DNA from: Pecten maximus
Taxonomy: Eukaryota
Assembly: GCF_902652985.1 (NCBI RefSeq)
Contig: NC_047019.1
Span: forward strand, 24,552,001-24,616,000
Reading direction: 5' to 3'
Length of the DNA stretch: 64,000 nt
The notes below the pieces were generated by a model. That model saw nothing but the letters and a program-made list of their open reading frames with translations. It was not told where the DNA came from and searched no databases. Below are positions 1-13,110 of the stretch, piece after piece. The number at the start of each line of letters is the position of its first letter. The stretch's first letter is position 1. The position numbers and the translations under genes are program-made.

Positions 1-3000
1 TTACTTCATATCTTTAACTGCTGGTATACATTATGTGATGTAAAGACTGTTAATCCGTACTGGACACATTTAACCCTTTATGTAGATACCGTTGAGGTGA
101 TTTTTTTTCTCTTGCTTCTAGTTACGTGAATCCTGATATATGGTCCTCTGGTTATTTTTGTGTATCTACTCCACAGCTAAGATATAGATTGATTGCTTCT
201 GCAGTGATTTTTTTTCTAAATACATTTAATGCCTTTTCGATATTAGTAACACCATTGTGTTCTTTCCCATAATCAAATAAACTATGCCTAATGATTTTAA
301 TTCAATATTAATAGTTCCAGTGCAATCAATAATCCATTTCTTACTTTATTACTCACTTAAGATTCGTTTAATTATTCTAACATTTATCTCACTTGTCGCA
401 TGTATTTACCAAGCTCTTTTACAACTTCTGTTATATCAATTTATCTATATACATTTTGATGCGTGACATCCTAGGAGCTCCGCTAATGCGAAATTATGTG
501 TAATGCATAATTGATGGAATTCTTCAAAATGCAGTTAAGTAAATGTCATTTATTTTACTCTGAAATGGATTATAGGATGATCGGCTGCTTACGGAAAATG
601 TTTGTTTGATCATTAACGATATAAGTTATATATAAGTACATGGTTAGATGTGTCTAGGATATCGCACGACATATACAGAAGTAGTCGGTACTCAACATTC
701 CACCATGGTCACGATTCGGGTAAATAATTAGTCATCCTGAACGTACTTTAGTACTTTCTATTTTTATTACCTCGTGATGTATTTAAGATAATTTCAATAT
801 TTATGTTACAATTAGGGTTCATTGTGGACAAACACAAATGGACGGACTTAGTGCGGTTCTAGGCATGACGATTGTCACTGACGGAGGAGCGGTTGTTTGT
901 ACAATTGTTGTTACTTAGAAACTGCGGAATGAAACTAATTCTATGTTCCAATTAACACGGCGATATTAATATCTTATTTCAGACAGTGGTATAATCGGCA
1001 AGTATGTGTTCATTGTAGCATGATACCACCAACTCATTCTGATTGAAACAAAGGAAAGTCTTTAAAAACAGATAAAATAGCTACCAATAATATCGTATAT
1101 CATTGGGACGTTATACTGATTCAAATCGCGTCACCTCCGATAAAACATGGGCATCGTTTTCCCTTTTTACTCCAAATAATATATTTACATATCCTCCTTT
1201 CTTACGTTATAGGACGTTACCAGGTCTAGTATTTTAAAGATATAATTGGTCATGGTGAAGATTTCAGCATGAAAACTGACTTATATTATAGTTCCGATTA
1301 AACATAGTTTTTATCATGTAGAATGCCCCCTCTATTAATTCAAACATTATGAATGATGTTTCATCTTAAAATCAGAAGAATTATCTATTATTCCACAAAC
1401 CAAATAAACCTTCACCAAGTACATGCAAGAAAGAAATGCCATCAAGACATATTACTGTCTATTTAATACATTATAAACGGTTCCCATACCAAATTGACTA
1501 CAACGTAAATAGACTGCACACATGTCGATGCTGATGGCGTAAGATGAAGGAAACTGATAGAACCAAGTATGGGACTGAACGGACTGTTTTTACGACACCA
1601 CTGCCAACACTTTGGTTAAGATGAAATAATTTATAGCACATATCAATTACAACAAAACGTGATTCTAAATGAATACATGTGATGCCTTATTAGCCTGGTT
1701 TGCGCTGACACGTACACTACGCTAACTTTACTACACTCTTCCGGAAGTAAACGATACCGGGAATGATAGTGATACATAGAGCACCATCTGCCAAGGATTG
1801 GCCTAGAGATGGATGCCAACCATACGGCCATAATTCAAAGATGTTACGTCGAAATACGAAGGCAGTAAATTAAATCCCTTTGGGAGAGAGACTGATATTG
1901 TTTCGTATATCTTAAGTGCTATCTTTTGTTTGCGGAATACACATGCTATTTACGAGAGCATTTATGGAAGTTTCGTGATCATATGCTCATTTTAACTGCC
2001 ATCGACTTCATAGCTATTGGTGTGAAGAAAATATTTTCCAAATCTCCTCATTCCATCGTCTAACCCTAAAGTTGTCCTACGGTCTCGTTGTTTGGGATGG
2101 GACCAATAACCCATTATTTGTTTTATAACGTTAAATGACTGACAAGCGATATATTCATTTACAGCACATTGAAACCCTTCACAAATGACATTCTAATATC
2201 ATATAACATTATACTTTTTTCCAAAAAAAGATATGTATTATTACATATACTGTCGTCATTATTTTGGCATGTTGTTATGTACTGCCATATAAAGACAACC
2301 TTATTCAATGAAGCTCGGCCTGTAACGATCTGTAGGGATCCGACTCTGGAACCAAATGCTGCTTTCCTGACACTAGATTGTCTTGAAGACGAAAGTGTGG
2401 CAAAGGTTAGCAAATGACCAGGATTATGTAATTTACAGTTGGATATTGCGATTGCTTTCGATCTCACACACCTACTACTGGACAGTGTATCCCTTGAAAC
2501 ACTATTCAGACACTTTATCGATAGTAACGTCCTAATCAAAGATTCTCTTTTAGCTCAAACTCCAAAACATCTATCATGTCTACCAATGTATTGTAATTTT
2601 GATTGCATAATGTTACCAATCAATTAAAAGTTTTAATCGGACCCATCCATTCTTTAACTTGAAATTATTTCGGGATTGCTAGAAGTCAGGAACATAACGA
2701 TGCGTGTGATTCCACGACATGTGGGTTTGAATACATTTACGATGTTTGTAACTTTTCGTATTGTGATAATGTACGGTTTTGTCGTTCATTGTTTGTAAAT
2801 GCATACCCTACGCTGTCTTATTTAAATCTTCATCGCTTCTCCAACCATTCAGTGGTTAGAAATCAGCCAGCCTGTCACTGATGTTGGGAATAACACACAC
2901 GTCTTTTGCCCTACCTGGTAACACTTGGCGAACATTACATTCTTGTTGAGCAGACGCCCGCTGTCGGCTTTGATAGCGTCATTTAAATAATTAGTTGACG

Positions 3001-3640
3001 TAGGTTTAAACAGACAATTGGGACTAATTGGGGGAAAATATGTTCTTTGAAATAGTTCGGGAGAGTGATGCTTTTTCCAGCCTTGTTTTAAGCCTTGTTA
3101 TGTTCCTGTTGGGTATAGGACCAATTCATGGTTGGTTTTACATTATGAAAACTATTGTGTGATAATTTGCCTATAGGACTTGTTGTTCAAAATTAACTGT
3201 AGGCATAAGATATAAAGGTCGTCGAATATGGCAATATGTATAGGATCTTAAAGCACGTTGGGTGTTTATGCGTCTGTCTCTATATAGTCACAATGCTTAT
3301 TCACGCGGAATCACGTGCGCGCGGCGAGAGCTTAAACCCCATTAGTATAACAACGGAACCATTTTACTTTACATATGTGATATCAAAGCAACTAGAAAAT
3401 TAATGGAGAATGCAAAACAGAGTTGACTTATTCCATTTGTTCCCGTCTGATTCTAAAGAAATGCAAATTCGTTCCCATTTTTTATTAATCTATTTTAAAC
3501 ACGCCACAGTTCATACAGGGCGAATGCATGTAATGTAGATTTGTTGCGCAGTGTATCTAGATATCATTTCTTTTACATTCTGTGTTGTAAATTTGTACTG
3601 ATTTTGGTTTATGTATAGGAAGAAGTTTCTATATACTTAC

Positions 3641-3682
3641 CTCCTAAGCACGCGTGAATAGACCATCTCCCTCGGCATTTCC
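3641..3682 (-). CDS. GGNG/GGNamide (excitatory peptide, EP/CCHamide family) neuropeptide precursor, 42-nt coding exon carrying the mature peptide core
   Basis: Minus strand reads ttttatgttcacag|GG AAA TGC CGA GGG AGA TGG TCT ATT CAC GCG TGC TTA GGA G|gtaagt: canonical acceptor and donor, phase 1/1. It translates (G)KCRGRWSIHACLG(G), matching the molluscan/annelid EP motif KCxGxWxIHxCxGGN-amide (e.g. Thais excitatory peptide KCSGKWAIHACWGGNa). Confidence 0.93.
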
Positions 3683-5313
3683 CTGTGAACATAAAACATA
3701 GATAGTATTACAAAATCATACCCAATTAGTTAATAATTATGGTCATTGAAACAAACAAAAAATGTCCTAGAAAAAAGAAAACTCAATAAAATCTTGAATA
3801 AAATGTTTACCAGGAAAAGAACACTAAACACTTCCACAATGAGTAAGACTTAGTAATTGATCAGATGTATTATTATGTAATCAGTGAGTACTTATACAAG
3901 TCAGGGACATGTGTGTAAGAAGTATGTTGATAATACATTAGGCTGTTCAGTAACAGGTCAAATGTAAAGGAGATCAACTGATTAGTAACATGAATCACGT
4001 AAAAATAACTAGGTCGAATTAGCTCTGAAAAATAAAATATCAAAATAAGTATACAAGCAAACGTCGGCAATGTAAACGTCTATTAAGTTTTTTTTGTATT
4101 TAATGCAAAATAACGCTAAAATTCACGGACGTGAGTGTTCTGTTGAAAATGATGATTCACTCCACTTAATATGACATTCAGAAAACGGCGCAGTACATAA
4201 TATAGTGTAAATTACAAAAGCTAATTAGACTGCGTTATACAAAATGTTTCGGAAAAACCAAACAAACAGAAAACATGTTGTCATTTGAAGACATGCAATT
4301 CTATACTAAATTAAAGTTGTTTTTACGAAATAAAGTTAGGCATGATGATTTTGATATGAGATTGGAATGCTCTCTTGCTTGGAATCTAAAAGTATCTGTC
4401 TGCTCAAGGAGTAATTTAATTCATTTTTACAATTGTAACATGTTGTCTCTCCTACATTTTCTATATCAGCCATCGGTAACTTTACATGATCAGTAATGAC
4501 TGCTAACAAAGTTGTCATTATTCTGATGTTCTCAAACACGCGGCTAAATTTGATGTAATCTAACTGTTGGAACATAAGACATATCTAATGTGATAACATT
4601 CACGTTTCTACAAACTTCACGAGAGATGGAAGTACCTGATATAGAACAATGCTGCCTCTAGATTATATCATACCCTGTCTACATCCACTTTATGGGGCCT
4701 TGAATTGATTGTTAGTACTCGATAGAACCAGACCAAAAGAGACATCAACGCCAGGTGTATCATTTTAGAAGAGTCATATCTGATCACAATGTTTCAAACA
4801 GAAATATATAATGACACAATATATTCTTTCGCTAACTCATAGTACTCACAATAGCATCCGTACTAAAATATAAAAAGAGATTGCTTATTCATCACCTTGA
4901 CCTACTTTCTATGTTATCTAGCTCTGTCATTGTCTTTGAATTTATCAATACAGAAATGAATCAAACATATTAATGATTTGATAATCTAACTGATGAACTA
5001 TGAAGTGAATGTATTTATATAAAGTCACAATATACATACTAGATAGAAGACAATACCTTTAATCGTACTTAAGATACAATACATCATCTAGCTGGACTAT
5101 AAAAGGAGAAAACACATTTAAAATATTATAATGGGCACACGCGCAATACAACCGGGTGGCGCTCTTATATCTTAATAATTAAGTAGGTTTTAGATACCTA
5201 CTATAATGAAAAACCGAGAAGGGAGAGAGAGGGGGGGCTTAAGGACATGGTCAAATCGAAAACTACGAATAACTATATCAGCAACAAAGCATGGGAACTG
5301 TAATACTAGGAAC

Positions 5314-5817
5314 TACTCAACCAAAAAACAACCTACAACAGAGTATGAGGACAGTATCACTGTGATATACTTCACCAAAAACCAACCTACAACAGAGTAT
5401 GAGGACAGTATCACTGTGATATACTTCACCAAAAACCAACCTACAACAGAGTATGAGGACAGGATCACTGTGATATACTTCACCAAAAACCAACCTACAA
5501 CGGAGTATGAGGACAGTATTACTTCGAAATACTTCACCAAAAGTCTACCTACAACAGAGTTTGAGGACAGTATTACTGCGAAATACTTCACCAAAAATCT
5601 ACCTACAACAGAGTATGAGGACAGTATTACTGCGATATACTTTACCAGAAATCTCACTAAAGCAGAGTACATGTATGAAGACAGAATTATTGCGATATAC
5701 TCAAAAAGATCTACCTACAACATAGAATTAGTACTATAATAATATGATGTACTCCACTTAAAATCGATCTACAACAGAGTATGAGGACTGTAATACTACT
5801 ATATACTCCACCAAAAA
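5314..5817. repeat. 54-bp minisatellite, about 9 copies, intronic
   Basis: Unit ctacaacagagtatgaggacagtatcactgtgatatacttcaccaaaaaccaac, decaying toward the right. It explains ORFs 5206-5739, 5313-5672 and 5507-5725. Confidence 0.95.
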
Positions 5818-8800
5818 TGTATTAGTGTTATTATTGTTATTATTTGTTTTAGTTGCCAAACCGTATCTCATTGAGAATACTTTTCACAGATAAATTTCAA
5901 TGAACACAAATCCATGATTTTAAGAAACTGTATGACTTGCTTAGTATGATTGGAGAATGCGCTGACAATCGTGTACATCGTACAAGTTAAAGCATAGCCG
6001 TTGAAAGTGATCGGTGGGATGTTTTCATAAAAATAGCTATTTATCAAATCAACGGTAAGTTCAAAGCACCGATAAACAAAAGTGGCCCTCACAAGTAAAC
6101 GTAGTTTAGACATGTCAAAGGTTTGATATCAGTTTGTGAAAAAATAAGAAGTAAAATGTGCTAGATCCAAACGCCTCATTGAATGAAGATAGTATTCCCT
6201 AGGTATTTTTGCTGGAACCGTCAGCACGTAAATGATATCTACGAATAGCCTGAAAACCCTAGACAGAATTCATTCAATCTACGGTTGTGGTTTGTAATCT
6301 CTTACAATTCTAAATACAGTTTCTGAGGTCTTTCTCCTGATGTCTGATCGACACAGCTCCAATTTTACCGAAAGCTTATCTAGTGAACATATTTTTGATC
6401 AATTCTCAATCGAAATAGACAAATATCATCATGAATGCAATTTCTGGCATCCGGAAAAAATCATTGATCTGAGCCCCATACACGTTTGCACCGGTTGATG
6501 TGCTTGAGATGCAGCTGAAACAGAACGGTGATCTAGATCAGATAGAAGAAATAGACATATCGGTTTACCATGTAGAACAGTAATGTCTAATATAGAAGAA
6601 TGGTCACTCATTATTAAATAAGGAAAACAAAGAAATATATATCAGCAGATTTTAATATAGATACATGTATGTAGACTAGGAAAATAATCACTTTCGTGAT
6701 AATTTAGTTCCTGGATTTCTCCCAGGGTGGAATTGGCATACCAAGTGTCAATCATTGTATCGTACTGATCTAAAAGCTATTAGGCGCCGTAGACAGTGAG
6801 TTCGGGGCCCGGTCAGGGCACAACTCATAAAATTGTCATCCTTTTTTGTGTTACTATGCCATATATCTAACAATTAGAAGAGTGTATCATATGCACTATG
6901 TGTTGTTGATTCGAATGTTACATATTTGGATTTTTTGTCGTAATTGCATTTTGTTGATTATACGCCCAGTTATAAGAAAAGACAACTTTAATTGATGCCA
7001 TAATTATAGTAAAAAAACCACATTGCAGTAGTGTTTAAAATTATAAAAATGTATGTCACTGTTATCATATTAACTGGAAAATATCTTATTTATTTATAAC
7101 GAAAATACTCAACTATATGGCTCTAGTTCATCAATGAAGCCATACTATATATTTTACGTATTTTAGCAGCGTTATACATGTACATGGTTGATAATTTTTT
7201 CATACAAAATCATTATGGAAGCGAAAAATACTTTCCAGTCTCTATCGATAGGGGTTTCTATTTCCAATTCATCTCTACTCTGTTTATACCAAATTATCAC
7301 TATGTGTTAAATATCCGATGGATAAACTATCAAAGAGCTAGCTTTGGTATCAACAGGTTACATTGATGGTATACTAGATACTTGAAACTGTAGGGGATGT
7401 CCTTTATTAATTTCAACTGCCAACAAGACAATGTAACAAAGGTTATTTGATGCACTAGCAACGCAAAGCATAAACTGTAAAACACAAAAGAACAGCTAAT
7501 GTCAGTACGTCGGTTTTGGACAGATTTAACAGCTTATTTCTAGCCTAGGTGGCGACATGTAACACAATGGTTGATCCTTTGAGATATCTTAATCTCTTTT
7601 AATCATTCCATATACGCAATGCCATGCACTTTGGAAGCATACAGACACAAAAGAAAAATGTGGTTATGAATATATTTTGAACATTTGCTTACATTTTGTT
7701 CCCTCAGCTTAATTCTGACTTTGTAATGGCCTCCCTGGGAATCATGGGCAAGTCTTTTTTCAATATTTGTAATTTAATCCAAATAAATGCAGTATAATTA
7801 TACATAATATCTTTGATGTTTTCCCTCTTTTTTTCTGGCTTCATTCTTGCAATAAACTCATATGTCCTAGATGGATATTACCGCACATCATTTTTTCATC
7901 TTTGATTTGTCATCTGTAGATATTACAGATATGAAAATTGCATAACTTCATTTCAACAACGCAAATATATCGTTAACAAATAACTGTAACATTCCACAAA
8001 TCAAAGGGTCAGGACGGGGCAGGAGAACACTAATCATTCTCCCCCATCGTGGACGAGATAGGTGAATCCCAGCCCTAAAGGGTCTTAAGTTGACAAAAAA
8101 AAAAAAAAAAAAAAAATCATGCCTCGTGTTGGTAACTGCAGAATCTCCCCCTCCGGAAATTTTCTAAATTATCCACGAGTGAGTGATTTGAAGATTGTAT
8201 TATACATGTAATACTGAATGAATAGAACGTTTTTTACAAACAATACTATAAAGTTATCTTTTCCAGAGATATAGAGAGCTTGCATGTGCTGTGTACTCTT
8301 GTTCAATGTTCCGTAATCCATATCATCCTAGTATATTTATTAACTTGAACAGTCTATGGAACAACGGTTTTGTTTCTGTATTTCAGAGTTGTCTGATCTC
8401 ATGCCTTTTTAACATTAATTGGTTCCGTGTATTGCACGATCAAAACCCTTTTTTGAAAAGAACTGACCATCTTCTTTGATAAAATGATGCTTGTGAATGG
8501 TAATAGTTTGAGTACAGATGCCGATAAGACGCTGTTGACAACGCCAATGCCGAGATGGTCTCTCATCGAAAGCCTATTTCAACTGTGTTCGAATTCGTAG
8601 ACAATTGTTAGGTCTGACCCCAGATGCCATTTATTACCTTAAGTGAGACGTGCATGCTTGTGATATAGAGGAAGCAGACAAGACGACAACGCGAGCCTCA
8701 GGCGAATCCTATGTATATGTCATTAGTATCTTAAATGGACGTTCTAAGCTAGGACCTATCCTTTTATACACATATTTGTTCAGTGTGATGCTAAACTTAA

Positions 8801-9439
8801 TAAGTATTCAATAAGTTGATGTCAAGTTATTGAGCCTCAAGACCACTCCGTTTTTCTTTGCCTATGGCACGACTTCCTCAAAGAACTACTGTTGATAGTG
8901 TAATAGCAAACTGACTCGTGGTGAGAAAATCCGAATGTGTAGTTTATACGAGTTAGGAGCAGGATAGATCAATATGTTATATCTAATTCCTCAGATTTGT
9001 ATAGAGGAAAGGCATTGTTTCTTACCCTGACCTTCAATGACAGCGATACGGTAAAGAAGAAATAATATTTAAATAATTAAATGAAATGGTTTAAACGATA
9101 TTTATAGATGACATAATAAGCTGAGGTGTTCTGTTAAAGATATCAAGGGGACGTTCATATTGTATCCTTATATTTGATATGATGCTTTGTAAGAAGGAAA
9201 ATACAACGCAAATTAACTTTTAACATGAATATTTACCTAGATTAAGGACACCTTTACCACTATAATATGTCTTTAAACTTTGAACTTCAAATATGGTTGA
9301 TAGTATGATGAAAGGGCCGCGTGATGGATACATTCTAAGATGCAAGGTCGCATGGGATATTTTCAAATAAATCTAATAGCTTTTATCCTTCAATGCATCC
9401 TGATCACGTCGGCGGTAAAACATCACGAAGACCTGGAAT

Positions 9440-9885
9440 TTTAATAGCGGAAAACGGGAGAATTTCTTACCAGACAAAGCACAGTAAATCTACTTTAACT
9501 TGATATTTTGTGTCTATTTTTATATAAAGGAAACTGGCGTTGATTTTCTTGGTCTTTTGTAATGAAATTGTATTTCCTGAGAAGAGTAGAACGAAGATAA
9601 GGTGTAATGGAGACAGACATTCGTCTGTAGTTAGTGGGAGGTTTTTTACTTAAGGAGAGTCGACGCTGTGTCGCAATTCAGTCTCCTGATGTTTTTTGTC
9701 ATTGAAGGTAAATGTCCGAAACGCATTATTAGACTTGCCATAATGTTTTGCCCATTATAATGGCAGAGAGAAGAAAGGCCATACATTTGCAATGGCAGGC
9801 CTGTATGATAAGCGTGATGTTAAAAAATATGATACTGGATAAATTAGTATCTAAGCAACCCCATACATTGTGCGAATTGCTTAGA
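9440..9885 (+). mobile_element. Possible highly decayed Penelope-like GIY-YIG endonuclease relic
   Basis: tat ata aag gaa act ggc = YIKETG (cf. YIGETG), with downstream LMFFVIE and DKLVSKQP-like fragments in the expected order. Many stops and frameshifts. Confidence 0.3.
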
Positions 9886-11769
9886 AACCGTTGGATAAGT
9901 ATATGATTTAAATAGTCAACATGTCGTTATAAAATTGACCCATATTAGTATATGTACCTTTGTTTTTTGTGTTATCATATATTTGTAATTGTTGTATCTT
10001 CTCGGTGATATATCTGATATATAGTAGTGTGTTGATTTAGTTGTATATGACTTTCATTCATATTATTCATATATGATAATCTCCAGAATAACTAAAATTC
10101 AGTTACTGACAGCTTATGGTTAAAGTCGAACCTACCTCCTCAGCTCTTAATACTTATAACCAGTAATACCCCTTTCCTATACAAACCACTTACCATACAG
10201 TGATTTACAGGTTATATTGAAACCATGAGTCATTTAGCACTGTAACGTTTTAGAACGCTGAACAGGTGAGCGTTAATGCATGTAAGGAAATCATATCCAT
10301 ATCAGCAATTGATGGGTGGAGTGCAATATCACTTCTAAACCAGCGGGTAACAACTATTGGCAAAAAGATGCTGCTGAAATCAGCAGGACACTCATATAAA
10401 TGGATGCAATATCTCAAAGGCTTACATTATCACTGACCAAATTATGTTTTGATGTCAGTTTTTCATAATAACGCGAATTGACTAGTGGTCTTAACAATGA
10501 TACCACCTATCTCACAATAGTTTACCTTTTAATCTAACCTGAAACAAACATTATTCAATGACAAATGTGAGGCGATTTACGATAACTTAAACACTAATCT
10601 ATTTTTTAGCAACCGTCCACAGTCTAATCCCGAGCTTTGTTAATGTTTGCTATAGACTACGGTTTTGGTACGAGTGCTATGGGATCGGGCAGTATGGACG
10701 ATACAATTCATTAGAACCAAGTAGTGACTATGTGAGGTACCTTATATGCGTCTTTCTAGCTTACTACTGAATGGTGTTGATTTCCCTATTCAAGGATAAT
10801 ATGCTCCTGTTTTGAGCAAGCGCATAAGAATGATATGATTTTATCGGATGTATTCAGAGCTAACATGCCTGATAAGCTTATTTATAAAGCCAACTAAGTG
10901 TTTGTATTTGATGCAAATGGTACCCGTCTTTCCCCCGACCAACAATGTACTCGTAAGGGGATCGATACTAGTAGTTGTCGCATTTGATTTGTATTTCGTA
11001 TCGATCTGTTCGTAAATATTTGATGGATAAACATCAGTACAATACCCATGTTCTATATGTACCTGTTATTTACTCCTAGAATCAGGAGAAGCACGGGAAG
11101 CTAAAATCCTCATGTGGAAGTATAGACCTCTTTGCTATATGTTAGCTTCACAAAATCCTCACAAAATTCTCATAGTGCATATCAAAAGCAATGTCCACTT
11201 ACATTTCTATCACTGTAATTTTCAGTTAGAAATCACACAACATCAGACACTCTTTGTTCTTTTGTTGTGTGACATTTTCCAATAAGATAGTTATGTCGTT
11301 GTTTCTTTTAGCTTGATAGCAGTCATGTGGATGTGCGTATCAATACTATCAGCATGTGACAGGATAATAACTCGAGCTCCCCTAGGTAGCGCAGTGGTGG
11401 GACAATCTAATCCAACGTCCAATTATATAACCAGTAATATTGCTTTATGAAAAAACATATTTGCACACCAAATCTGATTAATGAAACATTAATAAGACAT
11501 TGATAATATATATGTCATGTGTAGCAATTAATGACTAATTATTTCTGATATCTTATATTAGTCCATCCCAATTTACTAGAGTAAAATAGGCATTTCTTAT
11601 AAGTGTGCATTACTAAGATATCAGAGTAATTATGATTAAGCATCACCCTTTAATGGTGGTTTTCATTTCATTTCTCATTTATTCTTCCTTGTCAAATACT
11701 CACTTTTATTTTCAGTAATCAAACTATGGATTATGTTGTAGTATTTTTTTACCGATTATAGCCAAACGC

Positions 11770-13110
11770 CTACCAGTAGCTGGATATGAAATCAATTCTG
11801 GAGTGACTGAATATTATATCAATAAAAATGACTACAACAGCTCTCGGTTACTGAATACAATAAAAGTCAACTACTGACTAACACAGCTTTCAGATGTTGA
11901 ATACAATATCTGTGAAAATGTGGTTAAACTAGCTCCTAGTTACTGACTTCATTATAGAGCAACTTACGGCAACAACATCATCCTCGATTAACTATATAAT
12001 AGGGAACAACCAACCAATTGAAAAAATATATTTTTCAAACATCCCTTGTGTATAGAAAGTTGAGCCAGGGATAAAATGTCTGGCAGCCACTGATTGGCCA
12101 GTATGTTATGAAGTAAGAAAATAGATATGTGGCCTGATAGGTAACTGTCCATAAGAAATGTTGATATAAAGTCCGATTGAATTTTTTCCCAAAAGTTCAG
12201 GTCATAATAATTAATAGGTAAACATCTCAGATTTTTGAGAATTTTTACTGCGAAATTCACTCATTTTCAAAATGGCAACGCTGACAAAAAATTGGACTGA
12301 AGGACCCAACTTTCTTTTTTTCATTACGTGTTATACGAGACCGTAACCTTTTGTTATAAACCATAATTGCCAAATTGAATTCAAGAATTTTAATGATATA
12401 CTCTAAAACGTTAGCACTAAAGTCTATGGAGAAACAATTGGTTGGTTGGTCCCTAATACAGCCATCCATTTCAGAATATAACATCTGCCAGTAACTATCT
12501 ACAAGAGAGATCAGTTACTGAACATAACAAATGTCAGTGACTATCTACAACAGCCACCAGTCATTTGATACAACGAATACCAATGTATATCTAAAATATA
12601 ACTATCTACAACAGCTGTCAAACACAGAATATAACATCTGCCAAAAATTACAACCATTAGTTACTGAATATAACATCTGCATATATATATATATATATAT
12701 ACAATGTAACTACCACAGCCGTTAATTACTGAATATAACTTTTGGCAGTAACTATCTACAACAACCATCATTTACAACATCTGCAAGTATAACATCTGCA
12801 AGTAGCTATCTACAACAGCCGTCAGTTACCGAATATAACATATGTCAATAACTATCTAAAACAACCATCATTTACGTAATATAACATCTGCCAACAAGTA
12901 TCTACAACAACCATCAGTTTCTGAATATAGCATTTGCCAATCACTATCTGCAGCAACCAACAGTTACTAAACATCAGTCAGTAACTATTTACAACAGTCG
13001 TCAATTACTGAATATAACATCTGCCAATAATGAATGTAATCTGTCAGTAATTATCTACAACAGCCATCATTTACTGAATAAAGCACCTACCAATGACTAG
13101 CTGCAGATTT
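11770..13110. repeat. Degenerate ~46-bp minisatellite interrupted by a MITE
   Basis: Unit approximately cagttactgaatataacatctgccagtaactatctacaacagccat. Clear at 12458-13110, decayed copies at 11770-12000. Confidence 0.85.
12001..12454. mobile_element. 454-bp MITE, probably PIF/Harbinger-related (3-bp AAT TSD)
   Basis: 20-bp TIRs agggaacaaccaaccaattg / caattggttggttggtccct (1 mismatch), with aat on both sides. Removing the element restores a repeat unit of normal length. Confidence 0.85.

Noticed and set aside
1500-3200. Possible old LINE relic (locally GC-richer, short ORFs)
   Set aside because: No diagnostic RT or endonuclease motif could be read with confidence.
1-3640. Third coding exon of the GGNG precursor
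   Set aside because: A manual scan found no minus-strand acceptor followed by GN-AAY-GGN-AAR; presumed to be outside the window.
5206-5739. 177-aa ORF with PTTEYEDSITVIYFTKNQ repeats
   Set aside because: Translation of a 54-bp minisatellite lying antisense within the neuropeptide intron; open on both strands simply because the unit is a multiple of 3.
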